64,000 bases of DNA from Candidatus Rifleibacteriota bacterium (GTDB lineage: Bacteria; Muiribacteriota; Ozemobacteria; Ozemobacterales; Ozemobacteraceae), in contig JAFPZP010000083.1 of NCBI GenBank assembly GCA_017417215.1, positions 906-64,905 of the forward strand. Direction: 5' to 3'. This document shows, one piece after another, positions 28,482 through 37,428 of this stretch (its first letter is position 1; each line of letters opens with the position of its first letter). Both the position numbers and the translations under genes were made by a program. Under the pieces are notes generated by a model, which was given only the letters and a program-made list of their open reading frames with translations, did no database searches and was not told the DNA's origin.

Positions 28482-29045
28482 ATGAAATTAATTGGAAACG
28501 TAATAATATCTGATGAAGTTTGGGATACCAAGTTCGACTGCGATTTAACCAAATGCAAAGGGAAGTGCTGTCAATACGGCGACATAGGTTCACCTATCAC
28601 AGAAGAGGAAGAAGAACTGATTAAAAAGAATCTGAAAAATGTTGCACCTATGCTTTCAGAAGAAAATCTTAAACTTCTAGAAAAAGGAATAACAATTAAA
28701 GATAAACGAGGCGACCTTCATATAGTTGAAGGGGCACACAACACCCCCTGCCCTCTTTCATTCATTAATAAGGAAGGGATAGTAATGTGCTCACTGCATG
28801 ATTACTGTTTGAAAAAGAAAAAGAAAGTGCTCGATTTAAAACCGCTGTGGTGCTCGCTTTTTCCATTAATTATTAAAAACACTTCTGTCGGTTGGATAAT
28901 TAACTGTTACTTACCAGAATTCTGTAAGTCGAAAGAGAATCCGCAACCTTTGCTGCTGGCTTTTTCTGAGTATTTATCAGCTATATTTGGAGAACAATGG
29001 GTTGAAGCAGTAAGGAAGGAGTACGCCAAGCAGAGCTTGGAGTGA
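28482..29045 (+). CDS. Cys-rich protein, DUF3109-like
   Basis: The N-terminus DCDLTKCKGKCCQYGDIGSPITEEEE matches, from memory, the CDL-x-KC-x-G-x-CC-x-x-GD-x-G-x-P start of that family. The last 7 codons and the TGA lie inside composite repeat copy 3. Confidence 0.45.
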   Translation: MKLIGNVIISDEVWDTKFDCDLTKCKGKCCQYGDIGSPITEEEEELIKKNLKNVAPMLSEENLKLLEKGITIKDKRGDLHIVEGAHNTPCPLSFINKEGIVMCSLHDYCLKKKKKVLDLKPLWCSLFPLIIKNTSVGWIINCYLPEFCKSKENPQPLLLAFSEYLSAIFGEQWVEAVRKEYAKQSLE

Positions 29046-29193
29046 TTGGTGGTGGGTGGTAGGTGATGTGAAAGCGGACAGTAGACGCGAGACCTCTATT
29101 CTCCGCACAAGGCTCGTTCCCTCAAAGTTTATTCGAAGGTACAAATACACAGAGACCGCGGAGGAGAATAAGGTTGAGCAAGCAGCTGTCCGC
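29026..29193 (+). repeat. composite 3'-end element, copy 3
   Basis: ccaagcagagcttggagtgattggtggtgggtggtaggtgatgtgaaa is followed by the 120-nt B element (29074-29193, gcggacag...ctgtccgc) and then TTTAAAG. Confidence 0.9.
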
Positions 29194-29209
29194 TTTAAAG
29201 AATTGAAAT

Positions 29210-29749
29210 TTAGAAGAAATATTTCTTCCAGGAACCGCGGTTGGGTTTGCTGAAGCTGTAAATAGGCTTAGAGCCGTCAACTTCACCATACTTCAATTCG
29301 TCAACTTTATTGAAGTATTCTCTAGAAGCTGCATATTCACCCATTTTTACAAGAATATTACCTGCTTCATCATAAAGTTCATAATTCTTCTTATTCTTAT
29401 CGATTAAATCTCTAACCAACCAGAATGCATCTTCGAAATAGCCTTTGCTTACAAGGCACTGACTTAAAAACCATTTGGCATACTGATGGTTTGCATCTAA
29501 CTTCAATGTTCTTTTATATTCTTCAATAGCTTTATCTATCATATCTCTAGCATAATAGAAATTAGCTATTTTATAACTTATATCAGCATTGTCAGGGTCA
29601 TTCTTACGCATATTCTTTAAACGATGATAATATCTTTCAGAATCTTTGATGCCAATATATGCACTACCAGGATCTCCGCCATAGGTATATGGCAATAAAG
29701 CAACAAGAACCAATATTGCGGCAACAATAGAAATCATTTTCTTTAGCAT
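29210..29749 (-). CDS. small TPR-repeat secreted protein
   Basis: It has a signal peptide (MLKKMISIVAAILVLVALLPYTYG). TPR-like pairs include YKIANFYYARDMIDKAIEEYKRTLKLDANH and YAKWFLSQCLVSKGYFEDA. Confidence 0.6.
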   Translation of the reverse strand: MLKKMISIVAAILVLVALLPYTYGGDPGSAYIGIKDSERYYHRLKNMRKNDPDNADISYKIANFYYARDMIDKAIEEYKRTLKLDANHQYAKWFLSQCLVSKGYFEDAFWLVRDLIDKNKKNYELYDEAGNILVKMGEYAASREYFNKVDELKYGEVDGSKPIYSFSKPNRGSWKKYFF

Positions 29750-29812
29750 AATAAAACCCTCCGGTCTCTGTATCGACCGAAGGGCTATTTTTTATTATGA
29801 TAATTTAATTAA

Positions 29813-30676
29813 TTACAAATCTACGATATCACCCTGATCAGCATCACTTGTTGTTTCAGAATTAGAATTGTCAGTTTGAGTAGTAGAGTTTTCCTGAGAA
29901 GGAGAAATATCTATCTTTGAAAATTTTGCATCTAATTCTTTGCTATAAGCATCAGCTTCTTCTCCACCTTGTTTCCAGCCTTCTTTTACTGCTGAAGCTA
30001 TATCACCTAATAAACTGCCTAAAACATCATCAGCCCCTGCAGCTATTTGACCTGTTTTAACCAGAATCTGACCTATCTTTTCAACTACAGTTCCAACCTG
30101 ATAAAGAACTTTTCCAACCGCTTCTAAAGCCTTACCAACGGGAATAGTGTATGGAATCATTTGTAAAGCTCTACCAACAAGTTGAAGTGCCTGCCCTACA
30201 GTCTTTAATGTTTGACCAATCTGGATAAGATTATTTCCAACCTTTATAAGAGTACCCTGTATATCTGCAGTTACAGAAGTTAAAGCGTTAACACTGCTAT
30301 TATCACTCTTTTTAGTAGCTTCATTGGCTTCTTTTGAAGCTGAAGACATATCTCCAGCCGAATTTCCTATTTTCCCTAATTCTGAAGAAGCTTTATTCGA
30401 AGAACTAGAAGCCTTCTGGTTATTTACAGCATTATCAGAATTGTTGCTATTTTCTCTTATCTTATTATTTGCTTCCTGGTTAGCTTGATAACCTTCTGAT
30501 GTCTGGTTGCTAACTTCTGCTGATTTTTCACTAAGTGTTGAAAAAAGAGATTCTCTAGTTAAGCCATCTTCATAAATTTTTGCATCTTCAGCATATAATG
30601 CTTGAATTAGCATAGGCTGAACAATCATACAAAAACAAAGAAACAAGCAGAGATATCTTCTAAAAAATCGCTTCAT
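29813..30676 (-). CDS. secreted low-complexity protein with about 10 Gly-phased heptads
   Basis: I prefer the ATG at 30676 (GGGGGA RBS; MKRFFRRYLCLFLCFCMIV signal peptide). The central VGNNLIQIGQTLKTVGQALQLVGRALQ...VGKALEAVGKVLYQVGTVVEKIGQILVKTGQ has Gly every 7 residues. Confidence 0.6.
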   Translation of the reverse strand: MKRFFRRYLCLFLCFCMIVQPMLIQALYAEDAKIYEDGLTRESLFSTLSEKSAEVSNQTSEGYQANQEANNKIRENSNNSDNAVNNQKASSSSNKASSELGKIGNSAGDMSSASKEANEATKKSDNSSVNALTSVTADIQGTLIKVGNNLIQIGQTLKTVGQALQLVGRALQMIPYTIPVGKALEAVGKVLYQVGTVVEKIGQILVKTGQIAAGADDVLGSLLGDIASAVKEGWKQGGEEADAYSKELDAKFSKIDISPSQENSTTQTDNSNSETTSDADQGDIVDL

Positions 30677-30770
30677 GCTTTCCCCCAAGTTTTTACTTAT
30701 TTATAAAGTATACGAACAAACATCATACGATGTTTCACTTATTTAAAATAATGTTTAATTTTATTTAAAA

Positions 30771-30799
30771 TTGCTTAAATTCGCAAGCTAATGTAAAAT
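30771..30799 (+). promoter_or_regulatory. possible promoter of the pseudopilin-like operon (TTGCTT-17-TAAAAT)
   Basis: The sequence is TTGCTTaaattcgcaagctaatgTAAAAT, 20 nt upstream of the ATG at 30820. Confidence 0.3.
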
Positions 30800-30819
30800 A
30801 AAACAGAGGACTAGAGAAG

Positions 30820-33234
30820 ATGAATAAACGTAAAGGTTTTTTGTTATACATAATAGTAGCAATACTCTTAGCCTTATCCATTCTTGCTTTTGCGTTAAAC
30901 AGCTTTAAGAGTGGAGCAGTTGTTCAATTAGCCAAAAATGTAGACCAAAACCGACTTATTCAAATTGCCAAATCAGCAAATACTGAAATCCTTGCAATAC
31001 TCAGAACTCAAGCCAACAATTCAAAAAGTCAAAATATATTTAAAACATTCAGAAAAATATTCCCCAAAACTGGTGAAACTTCATCTTCTCTCAACCAGAC
31101 ATTAACTCTTCTTTCAAAATATACTCCGACCAAAACAAAAGAAATTGTCGACAAATCAGGTTACAACATAACAATAGAATCCTCCGCAACATTGACCAAT
31201 TACCAGAAAAGTATTTATCAATCTACTTCAGCTTATAATGCTTATATTGATATTTATACCAAAGCCTACAGAAATGAAAACCCTGGAAATGCCATTGAAG
31301 TATATGAAAGACACGATGTTAGACTAGTAGACCTTCGTCATAATCTTGATAAATATGCTCTTTTTGTTAAGAATTATTCTCCTGATATGAATAATACTCA
31401 ACGCCGTGTAATAATTCAGGGAATAGAACCAACTGACGGTCGCATTACGAGAGTTTATCTAGGCAGCGACAATTATCCCGATAATGCAGAAGGCGTAGAT
31501 AAAAACTGGAATAAAAATCTGCTTCTGTTCGATATCTGCTTTGATGAAATAAAAGATATGCCGGGCTTTAAAAGCATTTTCAAAGCAAACAATCTGGTTT
31601 CTTTTCCAGACAATTCAGCAACAAAATATCTTTTTTACTTCAATAAAATTAAATTTTCACAGTTAGGATTACCTAAGAACCTTTTCTATCATGTTTCAGC
31701 AGTAAAAAAAGTTTACGAAGACTTTGTGAATAATGCAGCAAATGGCTGTGCCAATGATACTAATCTGCCCCATCAGGTGGGGGCTGCCCTTAAACAAAAG
31801 TGTCAGTCCGCTATGCCTAATGCCAACAATAATGCAGCCGCTTATAGAATATGCAATGATTATGTACAACACTTTAAAAGGGGTGTCTACGATGGCAAAG
31901 AAGTAGACGACTACTCCGACTGCGAAAACTTTAATACCATTTTACAAACCTGCATGGATAAATGGGAATATCACTATGGTTATCTAGATGCAAAAGGAGT
32001 CTGGGATGTAGACAACAACGAGTTTCCTCATTCACCTAAGCCAAATAACTGGGTAAATGCTTTGGCTTATAAAGGTCTTGTAGACAAAAATGTAGATAAT
32101 GACCATATGGGGCCTTATATATACTGGAATTATCTTAACCAGAATGGGAAATCATTTAACCCTGAACGCTATCGTATTGGGAAAATGTTCAGATTATATG
32201 GAGAAAACAATACGACACCTGTTCTTGTTGAAGGAGCCGTTAAGCTCAGATTCTTCAAGATTGGCTATTTTAATGATTTTGAAGAACAACTCCACCTCTA
32301 TGCCAAGCAACATTCAATACATCCAGAACCTGTTCCAATACTATTTAGAAGAGCAGATCTAAGTGAAACTTTTCAGAACACTAAATGTAATATGGATTTT
32401 GCCTCATCTAACTATTTCCAAGATAATATGCTGATGAGCCAAGCGATTGAAATACCGATAAACGCATTATTAGTAGGAAGCAACGGTAACGGTCCTCAAT
32501 ACATAGACGGGAACGGGCAAACGAAGGTTCTGACCCAACAAGAAGCTCTGAGCGATGAGTTTTTATTCCCTGTTCAAAAAAGCTCTGATAAAAAAACAGA
32601 TGGCAGATACTTTGGCAGAAGAGTAGATTTTGACAATTGCAGTTACAACTATCCTTCTCCGAAAGAATTCCTTGAAGACAGAGTTAGAGAAATAAATGGT
32701 AAAAAAACTCTTTGTCTTGATGGAATAATTTATATAGAAAAAGGTGATATGAACCTAAGCGACATAAATTATTTTTATGGGAAAGGCTTAGTTTATCTAG
32801 CTACTGGCAATATTACATTTGGTAATTTTTCACGAATCAGAGATATTACAGAAGGAGATTCTGCTCGTTTTTACCTTAGACAAGGTGACTTCATACTTGC
32901 TTCAAACAATTCAGATATAAAAATAGAAGCTTCATTAGCCGCTTTATTCAGTAAGGTTGGTGACCCAGACCCAAGAAATCAAGGAAGTCTGGTTTTAAAT
33001 AACACTAAAAACCTACATATAGTAGGAAATTTACTTGTCGATTATTTTTATACCCAAGACTCTTCTGGCAGAGGTTTAGCCAAAGGCGGAACCATATTTA
33101 TAGAGCATGATCCTCTTATTATGGAGCCCAACCTAAAAACCTCTGATGGAAAAGAATTTGACCCCTTCCACGTAAGCATAGGCAAAATAAAAACTGCATT
33201 TGCCATAAAAACAGGAGATGTAGATGTTAATTGA
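30820..33234 (+). CDS. very large (804 aa) protein with a PilX/GspK-like hydrophobic N-terminus
   Basis: MNKRKGFLLYIIVAILLALSILAFAL has a basic stretch, Gly, then about 20 hydrophobic residues without Glu5, as in GspK/PilX-type minor pseudopilins. I do not recognise the rest. It is the first gene of a translationally coupled 4-gene set. Confidence 0.5.
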   Translation: MNKRKGFLLYIIVAILLALSILAFALNSFKSGAVVQLAKNVDQNRLIQIAKSANTEILAILRTQANNSKSQNIFKTFRKIFPKTGETSSSLNQTLTLLSKYTPTKTKEIVDKSGYNITIESSATLTNYQKSIYQSTSAYNAYIDIYTKAYRNENPGNAIEVYERHDVRLVDLRHNLDKYALFVKNYSPDMNNTQRRVIIQGIEPTDGRITRVYLGSDNYPDNAEGVDKNWNKNLLLFDICFDEIKDMPGFKSIFKANNLVSFPDNSATKYLFYFNKIKFSQLGLPKNLFYHVSAVKKVYEDFVNNAANGCANDTNLPHQVGAALKQKCQSAMPNANNNAAAYRICNDYVQHFKRGVYDGKEVDDYSDCENFNTILQTCMDKWEYHYGYLDAKGVWDVDNNEFPHSPKPNNWVNALAYKGLVDKNVDNDHMGPYIYWNYLNQNGKSFNPERYRIGKMFRLYGENNTTPVLVEGAVKLRFFKIGYFNDFEEQLHLYAKQHSIHPEPVPILFRRADLSETFQNTKCNMDFASSNYFQDNMLMSQAIEIPINALLVGSNGNGPQYIDGNGQTKVLTQQEALSDEFLFPVQKSSDKKTDGRYFGRRVDFDNCSYNYPSPKEFLEDRVREINGKKTLCLDGIIYIEKGDMNLSDINYFYGKGLVYLATGNITFGNFSRIRDITEGDSARFYLRQGDFILASNNSDIKIEASLAALFSKVGDPDPRNQGSLVLNNTKNLHIVGNLLVDYFYTQDSSGRGLAKGGTIFIEHDPLIMEPNLKTSDGKEFDPFHVSIGKIKTAFAIKTGDVDVN

Positions 33235-33544
33235 CAGACCAAGATTAATAATTTTATCTACTGTTCCTATAACTATGGCGATTAATTTTCTTTTGCTGAA
33301 TCACTTTTTCGGTAGTTCAAACACAAAATTTCAGCAACATAACCAGTATTCAACATCAACAGAAATAAAAGAAACTCAAACTACAAGTTCTATGAAAACA
33401 ACACCAGTCTTTTTTAGAACCAATAAAAAGCTTAAGATAGCACATTTTCCACCACCACCAGCTCACACTTTTGCGGGAAACGAATATTCAGAAATGACTG
33501 AAGAGAAAGAAAATTTCAACAATCAAGGGGTAATAATAAAATGA
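33224..33544 (+). CDS. small single-TM protein (106 aa)
   Basis: The ATG has an AGGAG RBS and overlaps the previous gene by 11 nt. The TM is LIILSTVPITMAINFLLL. Confidence 0.5.
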   Translation: MLIDRPRLIILSTVPITMAINFLLLNHFFGSSNTKFQQHNQYSTSTEIKETQTTSSMKTTPVFFRTNKKLKIAHFPPPPAHTFAGNEYSEMTEEKENFNNQGVIIK

Positions 33545-34104
33545 TTAGCTTATTCCCCAATAAAAAAAGAGCCTTAGGGCTTACAGAAATAATAATTGCC
33601 TTAGCAATTGTAATTGCAGCTGGAATTCCGATTCTCAGAATGGTCACCAAATCAAGAACAGAAACTTCATCATCCGTTAATTACTTAAGAGCTATGGAAT
33701 TAGCTGATGAAGCAATCGAATGGGCTAGCGTTTCTAAATTTAAAGATGTGGATAATCTTAAAAGCCTTAGTGGAACAATAATAGAAGTTAATGGTTCTAA
33801 TATAGAACCTATATCTATCAATACTTCAGAAGTTACAAATGAACATTGGAAAGGTTCTGAGATATTTGAAAAAGATTTGAAGTATTCTGACCAATATAGT
33901 AGAGCTTATTTTTATAGAGAAATAAGTGTAGAACCCGTAACCAGCAAGAATAATGACTTTGAAGCAAATCTACTTAAAAAAGTTAATGTAACTGTCAAGT
34001 GGTGCGAAGGCTACATGCCCAAAAATATCAATCTGGCTTCTGACAGAAACAGAGAAATACAATTATCGATCTTGGTAATAAACGATGACAATCTCTTCTA
34101 TTAA
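33541..34104 (+). CDS. pseudopilin-like protein (187 aa)
   Basis: The start overlaps the previous stop (ATGA). The N-terminus NKKRALGLTEIIIALAIVIAAGIPIL is a class III signal-like segment with Glu at +5 if cleaved after Ala. Confidence 0.55.
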   Translation: MISLFPNKKRALGLTEIIIALAIVIAAGIPILRMVTKSRTETSSSVNYLRAMELADEAIEWASVSKFKDVDNLKSLSGTIIEVNGSNIEPISINTSEVTNEHWKGSEIFEKDLKYSDQYSRAYFYREISVEPVTSKNNDFEANLLKKVNVTVKWCEGYMPKNINLASDRNREIQLSILVINDDNLFY

Positions 34105-34795
34105 CAAAAATAAATCAAATAATCGTAAAGCCATCAGTTTTGTTGAGCTGATGATTTGCGTTATTATTTCTGCACTTGTCTTAAAAATCATCTTCGATTT
34201 TATGTCTAACACAAGAAATAATTATATGTACGGAGTTGTTAATCTACAAAACTTACAAGACGCTAGATTGGCCATTAATTATTTACGTAGCGATTTTGCA
34301 ACAGCCTGCCCCATGTTTACAGACCCCAAAGAAGACAGCAAAAATGGGTTTGTTAACTTACAAAAAGCCAGGAAACAGCTTTTTGTTACCTCAAAAACCA
34401 ATAATGACATTAAAGCAGAATTAATACAGATACATGAACACGGCTTGATGTTCCATAAATTTGTGTATGGGTCTTTTGGAGATAATCCAAAGGTAGAGTC
34501 AGTAACCTATCAATATGATAAAACATCAAAAACCTTAACAAGAACTTCTGATACCAAAGGAACAAAAGTTTTCAATGGTATTGAAGATGTTAAATTCGCT
34601 CTATATACTCATGAAATCAATCCGGATGTTCCTATTTTATGGGTTAAGATATCTGTTCATGAATCTGCAAATATGTATGGTTCAGAAAAAATTGGGAAAC
34701 CTGTTGAGCTTACAACCAGCATATCCAGTTCTTTTATAAACAGTTCTCAAAATAACAAATACTGGCGTTACGAAACAGGACATCAAAAGTTGTAA
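34085..34795 (+). CDS. pseudopilin-like protein (236 aa, GspJ/PulJ-like size)
   Basis: It overlaps the previous gene by 20 nt. The N-terminus NNRKAISFVELMICVIISALVL has Glu at +5 after Ala. Confidence 0.55.
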   Translation: MTISSINKNKSNNRKAISFVELMICVIISALVLKIIFDFMSNTRNNYMYGVVNLQNLQDARLAINYLRSDFATACPMFTDPKEDSKNGFVNLQKARKQLFVTSKTNNDIKAELIQIHEHGLMFHKFVYGSFGDNPKVESVTYQYDKTSKTLTRTSDTKGTKVFNGIEDVKFALYTHEINPDVPILWVKISVHESANMYGSEKIGKPVELTTSISSSFINSSQNNKYWRYETGHQKL

Positions 34796-34940
34796 TCTTC
34801 AGATTACATATTATTGTGTTTTAATCGCAAATAAAAAGCTAAAAAGCTTTTGTGATTACTCTGACAACTTACTAGTTTTTCCTTGTGATATAATCATATA
34901 GGTGATATTATAAGAGGGTACACTTGAAACAATCGGAGTT

Positions 34941-36371
34941 ATGGCTAATATGAAGAGAAGACAGTACATTAGCGTAGTTTTTGCATTATTAATTGCAATA
35001 CCTGGTTTTGCGCACCAGGTATCAAAACCATTTATAGATATACTTTCTACTGGTAAGCATCCAATAACTGTTGCTACAAAAGTTGAAGACAGTAGCAAAA
35101 TAATAAAGAATCCAGGGAATTGCCCAATAGAATTTCTTAGAAGAATAGGAAGAGCATTTTCTAAATATTGGCCAGAAAATAAAGCTTCATTTTTAACAGC
35201 TACTATTATTTTTAAAGAAAATTTAGGCAAACCGGATTTTATAAGAAACCTTCCTGAAGAAAACTTGTCTGAAAGTCAGATAGAAGCCGCAAACTCACTT
35301 ATTAATAGCCATTCTGAAAAATTCAAACAGTCAGAAGCCGATTTTAATCCGCCATCAGAAGCCATCTCAATGAGATTTGCGGTCGATGTTTCAGAAATCC
35401 AGAAAAACTTAAAAGAATTATTAGAAGAAAAAGAACCCCAAAATACAGATAAAAAAATTCCTGTAATTCCTTTAAATGAAAAAGACAAAATAAAAGAAGA
35501 TATTCTTCCGGTTATAGAATCCTTTAGCGATTTTTATGGTCTTCTTTCAATATCAGAAAAAGGAATATTTGGTAGAATTAATGGTTACTGTGAAAAGGGA
35601 AATCTGGATCAAATCACTTCTATCAAGCCACTTAGCTTAGATGAATATATTGACGAAGAACCTTTAATTATCCTGGCTCAAACTCATAGCAATCAAGAAC
35701 CTGCAATGGTTATGAAAAAGCTAGAATCTATTCCTAACATGAAAGTTATTAATCAGCTGGTTGCTTCAGCAGGATTAGATTTTGAAAAAGACCTATTAGT
35801 TAATAATTATGCACTAGAAAGTATTCTTTATGTAAACCTTACTCCAACAGGTGAAAAAATGATACCAGATGTAAGATTGGTAACAATGCTACCTAAGATG
35901 GAACATCTGATTTCTATTATTCCAAATTTAAAGAAACTTTGTATGAATACAGGCGTTTTCATTACAAACTTAGAATCTACTATAAAAGATGTTGATATAG
36001 TAAGACTTAATCATTTCTTATTAAGTGACTACGGTATCTATATCTCGATAATAGATAAGTTCTGTGTTATCTCATCGACTCAGGAAGGTCATATCAAGGC
36101 TTTAGATTTTCTGAATACTCCTTCAAAAAGAGTCAAAAATGAAAAAGTAAAAGATTGTAACTTCTATTTCAGAATCAAGACTTCTGATTTGAATATTCAA
36201 CTTCAGCAGTTCCTGCAATCACCTTTGTTAAGAGATAAGGGCATTCCTCCTTTAACCAATATGACATTTTTGAAAGAAATGGATGACATTGTTATAAAGA
36301 GTAAAATGAACAATAAAGATATTAAAATAGACCTTGATATTCCTTTTTCTATAAAAGAAAAAGATAATTGA
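34941..36371 (+). CDS. hypothetical secreted protein (476 aa)
   Basis: It has the signal peptide MANMKRRQYISVVFALLIAIPGFAHQ. I recognise no domain. Confidence 0.55.
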   Translation: MANMKRRQYISVVFALLIAIPGFAHQVSKPFIDILSTGKHPITVATKVEDSSKIIKNPGNCPIEFLRRIGRAFSKYWPENKASFLTATIIFKENLGKPDFIRNLPEENLSESQIEAANSLINSHSEKFKQSEADFNPPSEAISMRFAVDVSEIQKNLKELLEEKEPQNTDKKIPVIPLNEKDKIKEDILPVIESFSDFYGLLSISEKGIFGRINGYCEKGNLDQITSIKPLSLDEYIDEEPLIILAQTHSNQEPAMVMKKLESIPNMKVINQLVASAGLDFEKDLLVNNYALESILYVNLTPTGEKMIPDVRLVTMLPKMEHLISIIPNLKKLCMNTGVFITNLESTIKDVDIVRLNHFLLSDYGIYISIIDKFCVISSTQEGHIKALDFLNTPSKRVKNEKVKDCNFYFRIKTSDLNIQLQQFLQSPLLRDKGIPPLTNMTFLKEMDDIVIKSKMNNKDIKIDLDIPFSIKEKDN

Positions 36372-36455
36372 AATAAAAAGATTTAAATAAAGTGGATAAA
36401 AAGATAAAACTTGTGGTATAAATGTAAATTAGTTCTAATTTGGAGACATTATGTA

Positions 36456-37415
36456 ATGGGGAAAAAATTATTAATAATAGTATTTTTATCAATGCTTTCA
36501 GTCTATTTTATAGGCTGTTGCAAGCAGGATCCAGATAATAACGACAAAAAAGGCAGTATTCAGCCTTCTGTTCAGACAAATCAGACTAATTCAGAGTCTT
36601 CCGGTTCTTCTCCATACAAGGATCAAGTGCTACGTTTAGGAAGAATTCCTTATACAAATTCTACTCAAATGGTTGTACAGCATGAAGCTTTTCTGAAATA
36701 TCTGGCAGAAAAAATCGGCGTAAAAGCTGTAAGACTTCAAACCGCACCTGATTATTCAAGTATTTTGAAGAAACTTGTTGCTGGCGAAATAGACATTGCC
36801 TGGATGGCTTCATTAAGTGCTGTAGAAGCAAGAAACAATCCGGAAGTCGAATTATTATGCAAACCCGTTAGATATGGAACCACCTCATACAGAGGAATCG
36901 TTCTTGCTCGACAAGATAGCGGTATAAGAACTCTTAGAGATCTCAAGAACAAAAAATTTGCCTGGGTAGACAAAGAATCAGCTTCAGCTTATTTATTCCC
37001 CAAAGCTATGATGCTTGAAGCCAATATCGACCCCGACAGAGATTTTGCTGAAGTTGATACTCTAGGGAAACATGATGCAGTTGTATACAATGTTCTTCTA
37101 GGCAAATATGATGCCGGAGCTTGTTACGATGATGCTAGAAATACTCTTAGAGATAAGAGCAAAAAAGACGAACTGATTATTCTAGCTACAACTCAGGACA
37201 TTTCAAATGAACCTCTTGTTTGCAGAAAGAGTCTGCCACAAGATTTAAGAGAAAAAATCAAATCTGCTCTTCTCGGTCTCAACAACAAGACTCCAGAAGG
37301 TCGTGAAATACTTAAAGATTTAGCAGATGTTCAAGGTTTTGTTAGAGTTGATGGTAGAGATTACGACAGTATCGAAAAAGTTCTAAAAGCTCTAGAAAAA
37401 CACAACAAAAACTAA
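36456..37415 (+). CDS. PhnD-like periplasmic substrate-binding lipoprotein
   Basis: I prefer the start at 36456 (MGKKLLIIVFLSMLSVYFIGC, with a lipobox). LRLGRIPYTNSTQMVVQHEAFLKYLAEKIGVKAVRLQTAPDYSSILKKLVAGEIDIAWM is the typical PhnD/ABC phosphonate-type SBP N-lobe. Confidence 0.7.
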   Translation: MGKKLLIIVFLSMLSVYFIGCCKQDPDNNDKKGSIQPSVQTNQTNSESSGSSPYKDQVLRLGRIPYTNSTQMVVQHEAFLKYLAEKIGVKAVRLQTAPDYSSILKKLVAGEIDIAWMASLSAVEARNNPEVELLCKPVRYGTTSYRGIVLARQDSGIRTLRDLKNKKFAWVDKESASAYLFPKAMMLEANIDPDRDFAEVDTLGKHDAVVYNVLLGKYDAGACYDDARNTLRDKSKKDELIILATTQDISNEPLVCRKSLPQDLREKIKSALLGLNNKTPEGREILKDLADVQGFVRVDGRDYDSIEKVLKALEKHNKN

Positions 37416-37428
37416 GCTGGATAAAATA

